A stretch of DNA of 64,000 bases from Candidatus Omnitrophica bacterium UBA6253 (GCA_002441245.1 DJVP01000012.1:192719-256718); one strand, 5' to 3'; shown: positions 37,384-48,732, counted from the stretch's first letter. Notes: a model not told the origin generated them from the letters alone. Numbers and translations: made by a program.

Positions 37384-38343
37384 TCAAGTTAAAATCTTGA
37401 CCAGATTGAATAAATTATCAATTTTTAATTCTTTTTTCTTTATAGAAACTTCAAAATCAACCTCTACAATATTTCCGCCTGCAAGCCCTACGGCAATATC
37501 GGTTTTACCCGCGATCAAACAATCGACTGCATTCTTGCCAAGGTTTAAAGCAAGGTCACGGCTGACAGCAGTAGGCCGGCCCCCTCTTTGCACATGCCCC
37601 AAGACTACTGTCCGTGTCTCAAGGCTGGTGATCTCTGTAATCTTTTTAGCTATATCCTCCGCTTTACCTGCGCCTTCGGCAACTACGATAATCCAACTCA
37701 TCTTCCCAACCAGATTACCATGGACAATACCGTGGCAAATTACATCAAGGTCCAGCTTCCTCTCCGGAATAATTACATCTTCGCACCCGCCGGCAAGCGC
37801 GACAGTCAAAGCAATGAAACCGGATTCCCTACCCATTACCTCAACCACAAAAATCCTCTCCATGCTGGTTGCGGTATCGCGAATCTTATCAATAGCATCA
37901 AGGGCAGTATTAATTGCCGTATCCGTGCCTATAGTATAATCAATGCCGTTGACATCATTATCAATGGATGCAGGAATACCTACAACCGGCACTTTATATT
38001 TCTTATAAAATTCATGCGCTGCGGAAAAAGAACCATTTCCGCCGATAACCACCAGACCATCAATATTATATTTCTTAATCGTCCCATACGCCCGGTCCTG
38101 GCCTTCTTCGGTCCTGAATTCCACACAGCGGGCGGTTTTCAAGATAGTTCCGCCCTGGTTAATAATTCCCGAAACAGAACGATGGTCTAAAACTTTCAGC
38201 TCTTCGTTGATTAACCCCCACCAGCCACGGAAAACCCCCATTACTTCTAATTTCTGGTTAATCCCGTAGCGCACAACGGAACGGATTGCCGGGTTCATCC
38301 CCGGGGCGTCTCCTCCGGTGGTCAAAACAGCAATTCTTTTCAT
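37384..38343 (-). CDS. pfkA: 6-phosphofructokinase
   Basis: [24 protein letters not shown]. Start at the internal Met, 1-nt overlap with ahcY. Confidence 0.85.
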   Translation of the reverse strand: MKRIAVLTTGGDAPGMNPAIRSVVRYGINQKLEVMGVFRGWWGLINEELKVLDHRSVSGIINQGGTILKTARCVEFRTEEGQDRAYGTIKKYNIDGLVVIGGNGSFSAAHEFYKKYKVPVVGIPASIDNDVNGIDYTIGTDTAINTALDAIDKIRDTATSMERIFVVEVMGRESGFIALTVALAGGCEDVIIPERKLDLDVICHGIVHGNLVGKMSWIIVVAEGAGKAEDIAKKITEITSLETRTVVLGHVQRGGRPTAVSRDLALNLGKNAVDCLIAGKTDIAVGLAGGNIVEVDFEVSIKKKELKIDNLFNLVKILT

Positions 38344-39599
38344 CAAGTACCCATCTCCCAACTGGCTAAATATTTCTTCTGCTCAGCAGTAAGTGTATCT
38401 ATCTTAATCCCCATGGACTTAAGTTTCAAGTAAGCAATATTTTTATCTATATTTTCTGGAACTGTATAAACCTGCTTCTGTAATCTATGGTAATTCTTGG
38501 CCATATATTCGGCGGAAAACGCCTGGTTAGCAAAAGACATATCCATAACGCTTGCCGGATGGCCTTCAGCAGCAGCCAAATTAATCAGGCGGCCTTCTCC
38601 CAAAATATAAATCTTGCGATTGTTCTTCATTGTATATTCATCAACAAAATCACGGGTTGCCCTTTTAGATTTAGCTATTGCCGCCAAACCCGGAATATCG
38701 ATTTCAACATTAAAATGCCCGGAGTTAGCTACAATCGCGCCATCCTTCATCAGGCTAAAATGCTCTTTACGGATAACATTAATATCCCCGGTAACCGTAA
38801 CAAAGATATCGCCGATCTTAGCTGCCTGGCGAATAGGCATAACTCTAAAACCATCCATAGTCGCTTCAAGCGCGCGAAGAGGATCAACTTCAACAACAAT
38901 CACCTTAGCACCCAAGCCATTTGCGCGCATAGCTGCGCCTTTTCCGCACCAGCCATATCCGCAAACTACAAAATTAGAGCCGGCAACTAATTTATTCGTC
39001 GCCCGGATAATCCCGTCAAGGGTAGATTGGCCTGTGCCGTAACGGTTGTCAAAAAGATGCTTGGTTAAAGCGTCGTTAACCGCAATAATCGGATAACGTA
39101 ACTTACCTTCCTGCGCCAAGGCACGCAGGCGGATTACCCCGGTAGTGGTTTCTTCCGTACCACCAATAATATTAGCATGATCTTTCTCTGTACGCTGATG
39201 AATAGTACTTACCAGGTCAGCTCCGTCATCCATGGTAATATCCGGCTTAACCGCTAAAGCGGACTTTATATGATTATAATAAGTTTTGGTATCCTCGCCT
39301 TTAATGGCAAAAACAGCCATTTCTAAATCTTTTACCAAGGCCGCTGCCACATCATCCTGGGTAGAAAGAGGATTAGAGGCACAGATATAAACATCAGCTC
39401 CGCCTGCCTTTAAAACATCAGCCAATACAGCAGTCTCCGTAGTAACATGCAAACAACAGGCAACCTTTAAACCTTTCAAGGGCTTCTCTTTTGAGAATCT
39501 CTGCTTAATTAAACTAAGAACAGGCATATTCTTACTTGCCCATTCAATTCTTAAAGCGCCTTTTTTAGCTAATTTTATATCCTTAATATCATGCTTCAT
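38343..39599 (-). CDS. ahcY: Adenosylhomocysteinase
   Basis: Full-length SAHH-like with an NAD-binding domain. Confidence 0.9.
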   Translation of the reverse strand: MKHDIKDIKLAKKGALRIEWASKNMPVLSLIKQRFSKEKPLKGLKVACCLHVTTETAVLADVLKAGGADVYICASNPLSTQDDVAAALVKDLEMAVFAIKGEDTKTYYNHIKSALAVKPDITMDDGADLVSTIHQRTEKDHANIIGGTEETTTGVIRLRALAQEGKLRYPIIAVNDALTKHLFDNRYGTGQSTLDGIIRATNKLVAGSNFVVCGYGWCGKGAAMRANGLGAKVIVVEVDPLRALEATMDGFRVMPIRQAAKIGDIFVTVTGDINVIRKEHFSLMKDGAIVANSGHFNVEIDIPGLAAIAKSKRATRDFVDEYTMKNNRKIYILGEGRLINLAAAEGHPASVMDMSFANQAFSAEYMAKNYHRLQKQVYTVPENIDKNIAYLKLKSMGIKIDTLTAEQKKYLASWEMGT

Positions 39600-39635
39600 T
39601 CCCGTATCCTCTCTTTAGTTTACTGTTTCTTATTA

Positions 39636-40805
39636 TTATAAATGGCTGGCTTGCTTTTTTAATGCTGCCGCCTTATCCGCCTTCTCCCAGGTAAACTCCG
39701 GCTCCGGCCTGCCAAAATGCCCATAGCTGGCAGTCTTTCTGTATATAGGCCGGCGTAAATTCAATGACTCGATAATACCTTTAGGGGTAAGTTGAAAGTT
39801 CTGCCGCACTAATTTTATCAAAGCCTCCTCCGGAATGACCGAAGTCCCTTCAGTCTTTACCATAACCGACAGGGGATCTGCCCGGCCAATAACATAGGCC
39901 AACTGCACAAGGCATTTCTCGGCTAACCCCGCTGCCACAATATTTTTAGCGATATAACGGCACATATACGCCGCAGAGCGGTCGACCTTAGTCGGATCCT
40001 TACCGGAGAACGCTCCGCCGCCATGGGCAACCGCGCCGCCGTAAGTATCTACAATTATCTTCCTGCCAGTCATCCCGGTATCAGACTGCGGCCCGCCAAT
40101 TACAAATTTTCCTGTCTGGTTAACAAAATACTTAGTATCCTTATCCACCCAGCCTTTAAGGATCGGCCCGGCTACCTCCCGGATAATTTCGCGGCGGGCT
40201 TTTTCAGTAATACGTTTTCCGCTTCTATCCAAGATATCATCGGTATGCTGGGAAGCCAATACCACTGAATCCACGCGCACCGGCCTGTTATTATCATATT
40301 CCACAGTTACCTGGGTCTTGCCATCCGGGCCAAGGTATTTCAAAATCTTATTCTTGCGCACCTGCGTCAGGCGCATAGAAAGTTTCTGTGCCAACATCAG
40401 GGCTAATGGCATTAGCTCCTTGGTCTCATTGCAGGCATAACCAAACATAATCCCCTGGTCCCCCGCTCCTCCGGCATCTACCCCTTGAGAGATATCCGGG
40501 GACTGTGAATGAATGGCATTAAGTATAGCGCAGGTATGAAAATCAAACCCGTACTTAGGATGGTTATAACCAATTTCCTCAATAATATCCCTGCAGATAT
40601 CATGTACATGTATGAATCCACGGGTAGTTATTTCCCCGCCTACGATTAAAAGCCCCATAGTTACATAAGTTTCACAGGCTACGCGCGCATAAGCATCATT
40701 CTTTAAGCAAGCGTCCAAGACCCCGTCTGAAATCTGGTCACATAACTTATCCGGATGACCCTCAGTTACTGACTCTGAAGAAAAATAATATTTCCGCACT
40801 GACAT
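39636..40805 (-). CDS. metK: S-adenosylmethionine synthetase
   Basis: [17 protein letters not shown] and GGGAFSGKD motifs. Confidence 0.9.
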   Translation of the reverse strand: MSVRKYYFSSESVTEGHPDKLCDQISDGVLDACLKNDAYARVACETYVTMGLLIVGGEITTRGFIHVHDICRDIIEEIGYNHPKYGFDFHTCAILNAIHSQSPDISQGVDAGGAGDQGIMFGYACNETKELMPLALMLAQKLSMRLTQVRKNKILKYLGPDGKTQVTVEYDNNRPVRVDSVVLASQHTDDILDRSGKRITEKARREIIREVAGPILKGWVDKDTKYFVNQTGKFVIGGPQSDTGMTGRKIIVDTYGGAVAHGGGAFSGKDPTKVDRSAAYMCRYIAKNIVAAGLAEKCLVQLAYVIGRADPLSVMVKTEGTSVIPEEALIKLVRQNFQLTPKGIIESLNLRRPIYRKTASYGHFGRPEPEFTWEKADKAAALKKQASHL

Positions 40806-40868
40806 AATCCCTCCATAATTTTTATCCAGAAAAGTCCTGACGAGTGAAACGAGTCAGGATCCTCTTGG

Positions 40869-41606
40869 TTAGGCAAATTTTTCTTTTGCCGCGTTTAAAT
40901 ACTTATAATCACCTATATCAAACCAGGTTCCGTCAAACACATAACCGTAAACATCCGCCCTGTCTTTAAGCCAGGCGATATAGCCTCCGGCTGCATCTAT
41001 CTTATTTTTCCTGCCCCGTATATATTCCCCAACTAACCCCAGGCAGGCTTGCGGAATAAAATACAGGCACATGGCCACTAAAGAACTCTGTGGCTGCCTG
41101 GGCTTTTCTTCGAAACTAATTACTTTCTTATGAATATCCAGGCCAACTACACCGTAACGGCTGGCGTCTTTTCTTTGCTTTAGCCTATACAAACCTAAAT
41201 TTACAGCCGGAAAACATTTCTTAGCGAAACTTAAGAAACCTTTCAATGAACCATCAAAAAGATTATCTCCGCCGACCACCAAAAGGTTATCTTTGATCTT
41301 CTTCCTGGTTATCACGAAATTTATATCCCCGATAGAACCCAGCCTATCCTGATTATTTTTAGTCAGGTCATTAACCAGGGTGATCTTTTTAGGCGATTTA
41401 ACTGTCTTTGCCCATTTGCGGAAAACTCCAATGAACTTACTATTAGTAACAACATAAATCTCATCAATACTGCTAATGAATTCCAACTTATCAACTATAT
41501 AATTTATAATCGGCCTGCCCTTGACCTCAAGCAGCGGCTTGGGATATTCTTTGGTTAATGGATAAAGCCGGGTCGCATATCCGGCGGCTAAAATTAAAGC
41601 CTTCAT
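40869..41606 (-). CDS. Sugar-phosphate nucleotidyltransferase (NTP_transferase domain)
   Basis: MKALILAAGYATRLYPLT motif. 245 aa. Confidence 0.7.
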   Translation of the reverse strand: MKALILAAGYATRLYPLTKEYPKPLLEVKGRPIINYIVDKLEFISSIDEIYVVTNSKFIGVFRKWAKTVKSPKKITLVNDLTKNNQDRLGSIGDINFVITRKKIKDNLLVVGGDNLFDGSLKGFLSFAKKCFPAVNLGLYRLKQRKDASRYGVVGLDIHKKVISFEEKPRQPQSSLVAMCLYFIPQACLGLVGEYIRGRKNKIDAAGGYIAWLKDRADVYGYVFDGTWFDIGDYKYLNAAKEKFA

Positions 41607-41607
41607 C

Positions 41608-43338
41608 TTATTTTAAAATCTCCGCTAATCTTTTTTTGGCAAACTCTTCTACTTGTGTACCAGTTGGAAGTTCCATTGCCTCATTGGCAAGGTATTGCAC
41701 CGCCTTAAATTCTATTGCGCGGATTATAAATTTTAACTCTGGGATAACCTGCGGCGGGACACTAAATTCATCAAGCCCTAGGCCTAAGAGGATAAGCGCC
41801 AGCGATGGTTCGCCGGCCATTTCCCCGCACATCGCTACTTTGATATCAGCCTGATGCGCCGCATCAATAACCTGTTTTATCATCCTTAAAACCGCAGGAT
41901 GAGCAGGTTCATAAAGATAAGCTACTTTCTCGTTACCGCGGTCAACCGCCAAACAATACTGAATCAGGTCATTTGTCCCAATGCTGAAAAAATCCGCCTC
42001 TTTAGCTAAAATATCCGCGGTCATTGCCGCCGAAGGGACTTCAATCATTACGCCAACGGGAATCTTATCGTTAAAATCTATGCCCTTTTGCCTCAACTCC
42101 TCTTTTGCCTCCCGAAACAACCCATTAGCCTGGCGCAATTCTTCTATTCCGGAGATCATGGGATACATAAGCTTCAGGTTACCATGCACAGAAGCCCTAA
42201 GAATAGCACGCAACTGTAATTTAAATATATCCGGCCGAGCCAGACAAAACCTGATCGCCCTCCAACCCAAGAACGGCTGCATTTCATGAGGGATCTGAAA
42301 CTGCGACAGGAATTTATCTCCGCCTAAATCAAGGGTGCGTATAACTACCGGGTGGGGACTCATCTGCTCAGCGACATACTTATAAGCCTGATAATGCTCT
42401 TCTTCGCTGGGCGAGTCTTTACGGTTCATATAAAAGAACTCTGTACGATAAAGCCCTATACCCTGGCTGCCATGCAGTTTAACCGATGAAACCTCATCGG
42501 GAAATTCAATGTTGGCATTGATCAAAATCGAGCGGCCATCAGCAGTAACCGCGGGAAGCTCCTTAACCGACGAGAACCTTTCAGCTATATCTTTTAACTT
42601 TAGCAGTTCCTGCTGATAATTTCTAAGCGTATCCTCATCAGGATTGATAATTACCGTGCCGGTGTTTCCATCAACAATAAGGATATCTCCGGGGTTAACC
42701 TTAGAGGTAATCCCCTCCAAACCCACTACTGCGGGTATCTCCAGAGACTTAGCCATAATCGCAGTATGCGAAGTCTTGCCGCCCATGTCGGTAACAAAAG
42801 CGGAAACATTCCTGGTATGCATCGCCGCGGTATCCGAAGGAGAAAGGTCATGCGAAACAATAATCGCTTTTTCCTTAAGATCCTCCAGGCCTCTTTTTTC
42901 TTTACCTAAAAGGTTCCTTAAAATCCTTTTGCCGACATCGTTAATATCAGCGATGCGTTCTTTAAGGTACTCATCTTCAATTTTTAAGAATACGCTTATA
43001 TATTTTTTCAAAACTTCTGAAAAAATATAGGCAACATTTAACTGCTCTTTCTTAAGCCGAGAGATGACCTCTTCAATAAGCATGCGGTCTTCTAATACCA
43101 GAAGGTGTGCATCAAAAATCTGCGCCTCTTCCTGCCCCATATCAAAGCTAATCCTTTTTTGCAGTTCGATAATCTCACGTCGGGTTTTAATCAAGGCTTC
43201 TTCAAAAAGTTGGATCTGTATGGGGATCTCTTCCCAGGAGATTTTCTCAGGCAATACGACAAACTCTTCCTTGCCGAGCTTGTAAGCTAAGCCGATGCTT
43301 ATTCCGCCTGCCGCTCCAATACCTTTTAATTGAATCAT
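41608..43338 (-). CDS. ptsI: Phosphoenolpyruvate-protein phosphotransferase (PTS enzyme I)
   Basis: GGKTSHTAIMAKSLEIPAVVG (active His) and the PEP-utilising C-domain. Confidence 0.9.
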   Translation of the reverse strand: MIQLKGIGAAGGISIGLAYKLGKEEFVVLPEKISWEEIPIQIQLFEEALIKTRREIIELQKRISFDMGQEEAQIFDAHLLVLEDRMLIEEVISRLKKEQLNVAYIFSEVLKKYISVFLKIEDEYLKERIADINDVGKRILRNLLGKEKRGLEDLKEKAIIVSHDLSPSDTAAMHTRNVSAFVTDMGGKTSHTAIMAKSLEIPAVVGLEGITSKVNPGDILIVDGNTGTVIINPDEDTLRNYQQELLKLKDIAERFSSVKELPAVTADGRSILINANIEFPDEVSSVKLHGSQGIGLYRTEFFYMNRKDSPSEEEHYQAYKYVAEQMSPHPVVIRTLDLGGDKFLSQFQIPHEMQPFLGWRAIRFCLARPDIFKLQLRAILRASVHGNLKLMYPMISGIEELRQANGLFREAKEELRQKGIDFNDKIPVGVMIEVPSAAMTADILAKEADFFSIGTNDLIQYCLAVDRGNEKVAYLYEPAHPAVLRMIKQVIDAAHQADIKVAMCGEMAGEPSLALILLGLGLDEFSVPPQVIPELKFIIRAIEFKAVQYLANEAMELPTGTQVEEFAKKRLAEILK

Positions 43339-43604
43339 AAAGCTTCCTCGCTGTTAATAATCTTTTCCAGTTCTGCCAAGGCCTGTTCTGCATCAGAGCC
43401 GTCCGCTTCAACAATAACCAAGCTGCCCTTTTCCGCTCCAAGCATAAGAATACCCATAATAGATTTACCATTAACCTCTTCGTCATCGTGACGGACGGTA
43501 ATGCGTGAATCAAATTTATTGGCTATCTGCACAAATAAAGCAGCAGGCCGGGCATGTAATCCCTGGCCATTTTTTACGATTAATTCTCTCTTGATTAAAG
43601 GCAT
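43335..43604 (-). CDS. ptsH: Phosphocarrier protein HPr
   Basis: GLHARPA (His15) and GKSIMGI (Ser46 region). Confidence 0.85.
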   Translation of the reverse strand: MPLIKRELIVKNGQGLHARPAALFVQIANKFDSRITVRHDDEEVNGKSIMGILMLGAEKGSLVIVEADGSDAEQALAELEKIINSEEAL

Positions 43605-43606
43605 TT

Positions 43607-44848
43607 TTATATCTCTTCAATAAAACTTAAAATGATTTTTGCTAATTTCTCCGCGTCGTGCCGAATCACGCCATCCTGAATCACAATAAAATCTTCTTCC
43701 ACTACCCGATAACCCAAGTTCTCAATATTCTTACGGTCATTAACCACGAGAAGCGAATTCTCCCCGGAATAACGTTTTAAAACTTCTTCAGGAACTTCGC
43801 CGTTATTCACAACGCAATAATCCAGTATGCGCAAAGAGCTGTGGCCTGCCAGGGCCTTGATATGGTCAGAAACACTATAGCCGTCTGTTTCTCCCGGCTG
43901 AGTCATTACATTACAAACATAAACCTTGATTGCTTCAGACTCCGCGATCTCCCGGGAGATATCCTTAATCAAAAGATTAGGAATAATGCTCGTATATAAA
44001 GAACCCGGCCCCAAAACAATAATCTGCGCTTCTTTAATTGCCTTTATCGCATCCGGAGTAGCCAATGGCTGTTCAGGATCAAGGCTAACGTTGCTAATCG
44101 TTTTTCTTACCCTGGGTATCTGTTCCTCCCCTGCAACTATAGAGCCATCCTTAAAATGGGCCACAAGCGTTACATCACCTAATGTAGAAGGGATAACCTG
44201 CCCCCTTAAAGCCAGGACCTTGCTGGTTTCCTTAATTGCCTTTTCAAAATCACCGGTTAAACGGGTCATTACCGTAAGAAAAAGGTTTCCAAAGGAATGG
44301 CCTGAAAATTCTGAATTTTTATCAAAACGAAATTGAAAAAGATCGCGCATTAATGCCGGTGCATCAGCTAAAGCTACCAGGCAATTACGGATATCTCCAG
44401 GAGGCAGGACATCAAACTGCTGCCTGAGCCGGCCGCTTGAGCCTCCGTCATCAGCCACTGTAACTATGGCGGAAATATTTGAAGAGTAGCTTTTTAAACC
44501 GCTCAAAAGGACGGATAAGCCTGTCCCGCCGCCTACGGCAACTATACGAGGCCCCCGGCTTAGATGTTTCTTCTGGTACAAAAGATCCACCAGCTCCGTA
44601 CCCCTGGAAGATGGGGCAAATACGGTGATAAAAGAACGCATCATCCGTTTTATGCCCAGGATTAAAATTATGATCCCCGAAATTACAACCAGGGCATCTA
44701 AAAGCTGGATCAGCCAAAATTGCTCAGCTCGCAAGTTAGCCGTTCCTATAATTAAAAGCACAACTCCAAAAGCGCTCAGTCCCACCCAACGCTTAATGCC
44801 TATGCCCGGATAAAACCATTTTAAGATAACACTAGAGGCTGTTTTCAT
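43607..44848 (-). CDS. yvcK: YvcK/UPF0052 (CofD-like) gluconeogenesis factor with N-terminal 2-TM extension
   Basis: RIVAVGGGTGLSVLLSGLK core after roughly 90 aa containing two hydrophobic helices. Confidence 0.8.
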   Translation of the reverse strand: MKTASSVILKWFYPGIGIKRWVGLSAFGVVLLIIGTANLRAEQFWLIQLLDALVVISGIIILILGIKRMMRSFITVFAPSSRGTELVDLLYQKKHLSRGPRIVAVGGGTGLSVLLSGLKSYSSNISAIVTVADDGGSSGRLRQQFDVLPPGDIRNCLVALADAPALMRDLFQFRFDKNSEFSGHSFGNLFLTVMTRLTGDFEKAIKETSKVLALRGQVIPSTLGDVTLVAHFKDGSIVAGEEQIPRVRKTISNVSLDPEQPLATPDAIKAIKEAQIIVLGPGSLYTSIIPNLLIKDISREIAESEAIKVYVCNVMTQPGETDGYSVSDHIKALAGHSSLRILDYCVVNNGEVPEEVLKRYSGENSLLVVNDRKNIENLGYRVVEEDFIVIQDGVIRHDAEKLAKIILSFIEEI

Positions 44849-44938
44849 TTTACGAAAAATCTGTTAACTGTATGATTAGCTTACAGGATTTCCCCGCTTG
44901 CCCGGCTAGCAGGGGCTTTATTAAATAAAAACAATGGA

Positions 44939-45409
44939 CTATATTTTCTTTTCGTCTTCCTGAGTGATAATCTTAATTACAGATTTTTCGTCCATGCAAG
45001 TGCGCAGGGTATCGCGAAAATATTTATCTTTCAATAGGCGCGATATCCGGGCTAATGCCTTAAGGTGCGGTCCGGCGGAATCCTGCGGGGCAACAAGCAG
45101 AAAGAAAATATAAGCTAATTCTCCATCGAGAGAATCAAAATCTACGCCTTTTTTAGAAAGCCCAAAGGCTGCCACTAATTTATCTACGCAGTCGCACTTT
45201 GCGTGCGGTATAGCTATGCCCTGGCCGATTGCGGTTGAACCCAAGGCCTCTCTCGACATAAGGGCTTCAATAAGTTTATTGCGATTGCGCTTCTCCACAT
45301 CACCAGCTTCAATCAAAAGGTCTACCATCTCCTTAATCACATCTTCTTTGCGGGTAGATTTTATATCGGTGAGAATCGCCTTCTTAGAAAGAAAATCCAT
45401 TATCTGCAT
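44939..45409 (-). CDS. ptsN: PTS EIIA(Ntr)-type regulatory protein
   Basis: GQGIAIPHAK active-site His region. 156 aa. Confidence 0.8.
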   Translation of the reverse strand: MQIMDFLSKKAILTDIKSTRKEDVIKEMVDLLIEAGDVEKRNRNKLIEALMSREALGSTAIGQGIAIPHAKCDCVDKLVAAFGLSKKGVDFDSLDGELAYIFFLLVAPQDSAGPHLKALARISRLLKDKYFRDTLRTCMDEKSVIKIITQEDEKKI

Positions 45410-45444
45410 CTGTTTCTCCTTTCGAATAATAAATACAAAATAAA

Positions 45445-45518
<74 letters not shown>

Positions 45519-45577
45519 ACTACGAAGTGCGCACCGGCGCAATTCCGCTAGGTGCCGGGTGCTGCAAGATTGTCAAT

Positions 45578-45659
45578 TGGGCGGAAGAGGATTTGAACCT
45601 CCAAGGGTTACCCCAATAGCTCCTAAGGCTATCGCGTATGCCAATTCCGCCATCCGCCC
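45578..45659 (-). tRNA. tRNA-Leu (anticodon UAG), long variable arm
   Basis: Reverse complement GGGCGGAUGGCGGAAUUGG...AUAGCCUUAGGAGCUAU... followed by a long extra arm and GGUUCAAAUCC. CCA is not encoded. Confidence 0.85.
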
Positions 45660-45766
45660 GGATATTTCCTCTTTTCCACCTACATTTATCCCTCGCCAAA
45701 CGCAGTACGAATATCTACTACATTTTTACTGCGGACTTCGGGATAAATTTAGCTTTGTGAAATTAG

Positions 45767-45839
45767 TGAGCCTCCCGCGACTCGAACGCGGCACAACCAC
45801 ATTAAAAGTGTGGTGCTCTACCTGATGAGCTAGAGGCCC
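45767..45839 (-). tRNA. tRNA-Lys (anticodon UUU)
   Basis: Reverse complement GGGCCUCUAGCUCAUCAGGUAGAGC...CCACACUUUUAAUGUGG...CGCGUUCGAGUCGCGGGAGGCUCA. Confidence 0.85.
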
Positions 45840-45907
45840 TTAAATCTAGGTTCCATTTATCGACCTTCTAGCGAACCCTCCAAGAGAGTAAAGCTAGAAG
45901 CCCGAAC

Positions 45908-46468
45908 TTAAAACTCCAACACTTCCTTCTCTTTATTCTTCAGAAGTTCGTCAATCTTCGCAATATATCTATCGACCACTTTTTGCAATTCTTCAATGCC
46001 GCGGAATTTTTCATCCTCAGAGATAACCTTATCCTTCTCCAGTTTTTCTACAGTTTCTTTGGCGTCCCTTCTAATCGTACGCATAGACACCCTGCCATCT
46101 TCAGACATTTTATGTATTAATTTAGCCAACTCCTGCCGCCTTTCCTTTGACAGCTGAGGAACGGCAAGCCTGATTAATTTCCCGTCATTAGAAGGGTTAA
46201 TCCCCAGGTTGGATTTCATGATCGCCTTTTCAATTTCAGCAATCACTGCAGGATCCCAAGGCTGGATAACAATCAAATGAGCATCGGGAGCAGATATAGC
46301 TGCCAACTGTTTGAGCATAGTCGGAGTCCCGTAATAATCAATATGTAGCCCTTCAACCAAATTGGGCGATGCCCTTCCAGTCCTCACCTCGTGAAACTCG
46401 CGGTTCATTGATTCAAAAGCCTTTTTCATCTTATCTTCTGTATTATGCAATATTTCTTTAATAGTCAT
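45908..46468 (-). CDS. frr: Ribosome recycling factor
   Basis: 186 aa with the RRF profile. Confidence 0.9.
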   Translation of the reverse strand: MTIKEILHNTEDKMKKAFESMNREFHEVRTGRASPNLVEGLHIDYYGTPTMLKQLAAISAPDAHLIVIQPWDPAVIAEIEKAIMKSNLGINPSNDGKLIRLAVPQLSKERRQELAKLIHKMSEDGRVSMRTIRRDAKETVEKLEKDKVISEDEKFRGIEELQKVVDRYIAKIDELLKNKEKEVLEF

Positions 46469-46488
46469 ATTATCTTCCCGCCTTTCGC

Positions 46489-47211
46489 TTATCTTACAAG
46501 CGTGCCAATCTTCTCGCCCAAAATTACACGCTTGATATTCCCCTGGCGATTAAGATTAAAGACAACGATGGGCAGCTTGTTATCCATACACAAACTGATT
46601 GCTGTTGCATCCATTACCTTTAAGCCCTTCTTAAGCACATCTATATACTTTAACTGGCTAAATTTTTTGGCACCTTTTACTTTCATGGGATCGGCGGCAT
46701 AAACCCCGTCAACTTTGGTCGCCTTCAAGATAGCATCCGCATTAATTTCCATGGCCCGAAGAGCTGCGGCTGTATCGGTAGTAAAATATGGGTTGCCAGT
46801 CCCGGCAACAAAAATAACCACCCTGCCCTTCTCTAAATGCCGTATAGCCCTTCTCTTAATATAAGGCTCAGCTATCCTTTGCATCTCAATAGCCGTCATC
46901 ACCCTGGTAGGCACGCCTGATTTTTCCAACGCGTCCTGCAGTGAAAGCCCATTAATTACAGTAGCCAACATCCCCATATAATCGGCCACACTGCGATCTA
47001 AATCAAGCCCGCGCGAAGCGGTATTCTCCTGGCCGCGCAGGATATTACCTGCGCCTAAAACGACAGCAACATCTACACCCAAATCCATTATTTCTTTAAT
47101 CTGGCGCGATATAGTTTTAAGCACCTCCGGGTCTATGCCATGCGTATTTTTACCCTGAAGCGCCTCGCCACTAAGTTTAAGGACTATTCTCTTATAAACC
47201 GGTTTAAGCAT
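46489..47211 (-). CDS. pyrH: UMP kinase
   Basis: [11 protein letters not shown]...GGGN motifs. Confidence 0.9.
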   Translation of the reverse strand: MLKPVYKRIVLKLSGEALQGKNTHGIDPEVLKTISRQIKEIMDLGVDVAVVLGAGNILRGQENTASRGLDLDRSVADYMGMLATVINGLSLQDALEKSGVPTRVMTAIEMQRIAEPYIKRRAIRHLEKGRVVIFVAGTGNPYFTTDTAAALRAMEINADAILKATKVDGVYAADPMKVKGAKKFSQLKYIDVLKKGLKVMDATAISLCMDNKLPIVVFNLNRQGNIKRVILGEKIGTLVR

Positions 47212-47736
47212 TTATTCGCCAATCTTATAGCGGATAAACCTGCGGATAACAATATTCTCGCCAAACTTTGCAACAATGCTGCCTAAATAATCTTTAATCG
47301 TTAAACCTGGATCCTTGACAAAAGCCTGCTCTAGTAAACAATTGGCCTTGTAGTAATCTTCCTTGCTTTTTTCATGCTGCAAGACTTCCTCCGGAACATC
47401 TTCTTTCTTTATATACGCAGGACTGCTGGCAGCTATGTGCATAGCCAAATCTTTTGTAAATCTGGTAAACTCCTCATTCTTAGCCACGAAATCAGATTCA
47501 CAGTTTACTTCCAATAGAACGCCGATTTTATTGCCATGGTGTATATAACAATCAATCCTGCCCTCTTTAGCAGCGCGGCTCTGTTTTTTGGCGGCAATTT
47601 CCAGGCCTTGTTTACGCAACAATATTGCTGCCTGTTTTATGTCCCCTTTGGACTCCTCCAAAGCCTTCCTGCAATGCGCAATGCTCGAACAGGTCATATC
47701 CCTTAACTCTTTAATGGCACTTAGTGAATTTTTCAT
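47212..47736 (-). CDS. tsf: Elongation factor Ts
   Basis: Internal Met MKNSLSAIKELRDMT matches the EF-Ts N-terminus. The track start at 47856 would overlap rpsB. Confidence 0.85.
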   Translation of the reverse strand: MKNSLSAIKELRDMTCSSIAHCRKALEESKGDIKQAAILLRKQGLEIAAKKQSRAAKEGRIDCYIHHGNKIGVLLEVNCESDFVAKNEEFTRFTKDLAMHIAASSPAYIKKEDVPEEVLQHEKSKEDYYKANCLLEQAFVKDPGLTIKDYLGSIVAKFGENIVIRRFIRYKIGE

Positions 47737-47737
47737 T

Positions 47738-48637
47738 TTAAAACGATCCCTTCTTTCTCGATTTCGGTTTTGTTTCAGCTGCCGGCTTAATGTGCGCCCT
47801 TTTTGCCGCCCCAGCCTCATCAATAGGTGGCTGGCTTTCCTCAACAATCTCCTCAATCTCTTTAATCTTAATCTCCTCTTCCGGAAGGACCTCCGGCGAA
47901 ATATCCTGTTTTAATTCCTCTACTTTAACCCCTTCCTGAGAAAGATAAGACAGGAATTTTTTCCTTCCTTCGATAATGGTATCGGCGATAATTGCAGCAA
48001 CTGTACGGATGGACTTAGTAGCATCATCATTACCCGGAATGGGGTAATCCACCAGGTCGGGATTGGAATTTGTATCGATTAACCCGATTATCGGAATACC
48101 CAGCCTGCGCGCCTCAAGCACCGCAGTCTCCTCTTTCTTGGTATCCACGACAAAGGCCGCCTTAGGCATGCGCTCCATAGCAACTATACCTGAGAAGTTT
48201 TTATTCAGCTTGGCCATTTCTTTTTCCAGCCCGGCAACCTCTTTTTTGGTTAATTTCTCAAATGTGCCGTCAGTACGCATCTTTTCGATGTCCTTCAGGC
48301 GGTTAATGCTCTTTTTAATAGTGGCAAAGTTAGTAAGCATCCCGCCCGGCCAACGGTCAGTAACATAATACATACCGCAACGGATTGCCTCCTGCTTGAT
48401 TACATCCTGAGCCTGTTTTTTAGTCCCCACAAAAAGGATAAACTCGCCTTTTGAAGTTATATCCATTAAGAAATCCCGGGCGGCGTTAATGCACTCCTCG
48501 GTCTTTTCCAGGTCAATAATATAAATACCGCTTCGTGAACCAAAAATAAATTTCTTCATTTTGGGATTCCAGCGCTTAGTCTGGTGCCCAAAATGTACCC
48601 CTGCCTCTAAAAGCTGTTTGATTAATTCTGATGGCAC
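47738..48637 (-). CDS. rpsB: 30S ribosomal protein S2 with acidic C-terminal extension
   Basis: [19 protein letters not shown] start. Confidence 0.9.
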   Translation of the reverse strand: MPSELIKQLLEAGVHFGHQTKRWNPKMKKFIFGSRSGIYIIDLEKTEECINAARDFLMDITSKGEFILFVGTKKQAQDVIKQEAIRCGMYYVTDRWPGGMLTNFATIKKSINRLKDIEKMRTDGTFEKLTKKEVAGLEKEMAKLNKNFSGIVAMERMPKAAFVVDTKKEETAVLEARRLGIPIIGLIDTNSNPDLVDYPIPGNDDATKSIRTVAAIIADTIIEGRKKFLSYLSQEGVKVEELKQDISPEVLPEEEIKIKEIEEIVEESQPPIDEAGAAKRAHIKPAAETKPKSRKKGSF

Positions 48638-48732
48638 GTTTTTATTCCCCCTTTTTCATTAGTTAATATGCTTTTTTGCCTTCCCGTACTCCAAATAAGC
48701 CGGAAAATTAAGGTAAAAAAGTTAATTTTGTA

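Noticed and set aside
37361-37939. 192-aa plus-strand ORF opposite pfkA (and similar plus-strand ORFs opposite purL, ahcY, ptsI, carB, pyrG)
   Set aside because: These are shadow ORFs antisense to strongly supported conserved genes. Ser/Pro/Thr-rich translations are typical of such artefacts.
44849-44938. GC-rich imperfect hairpin (CCCCGCT...AGCaGGGG) between ptsN and yvcK
   Set aside because: On the transcribed (minus) strand it is not followed by a U-run and the stem has a bulge, so it is not convincing as an intrinsic terminator.
45559-45825. 88-aa plus-strand ORF
   Set aside because: Lies entirely over tRNA-Leu and tRNA-Lys on the opposite strand with no RBS, so it is spurious.
45840-45907. 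8-bp inverted repeat CTTCTAGC(N20)GCTAGAAG downstream of frr
   Set aside because: 20-nt loop and no U-tract, so only weak terminator character. Possibly coincidental.
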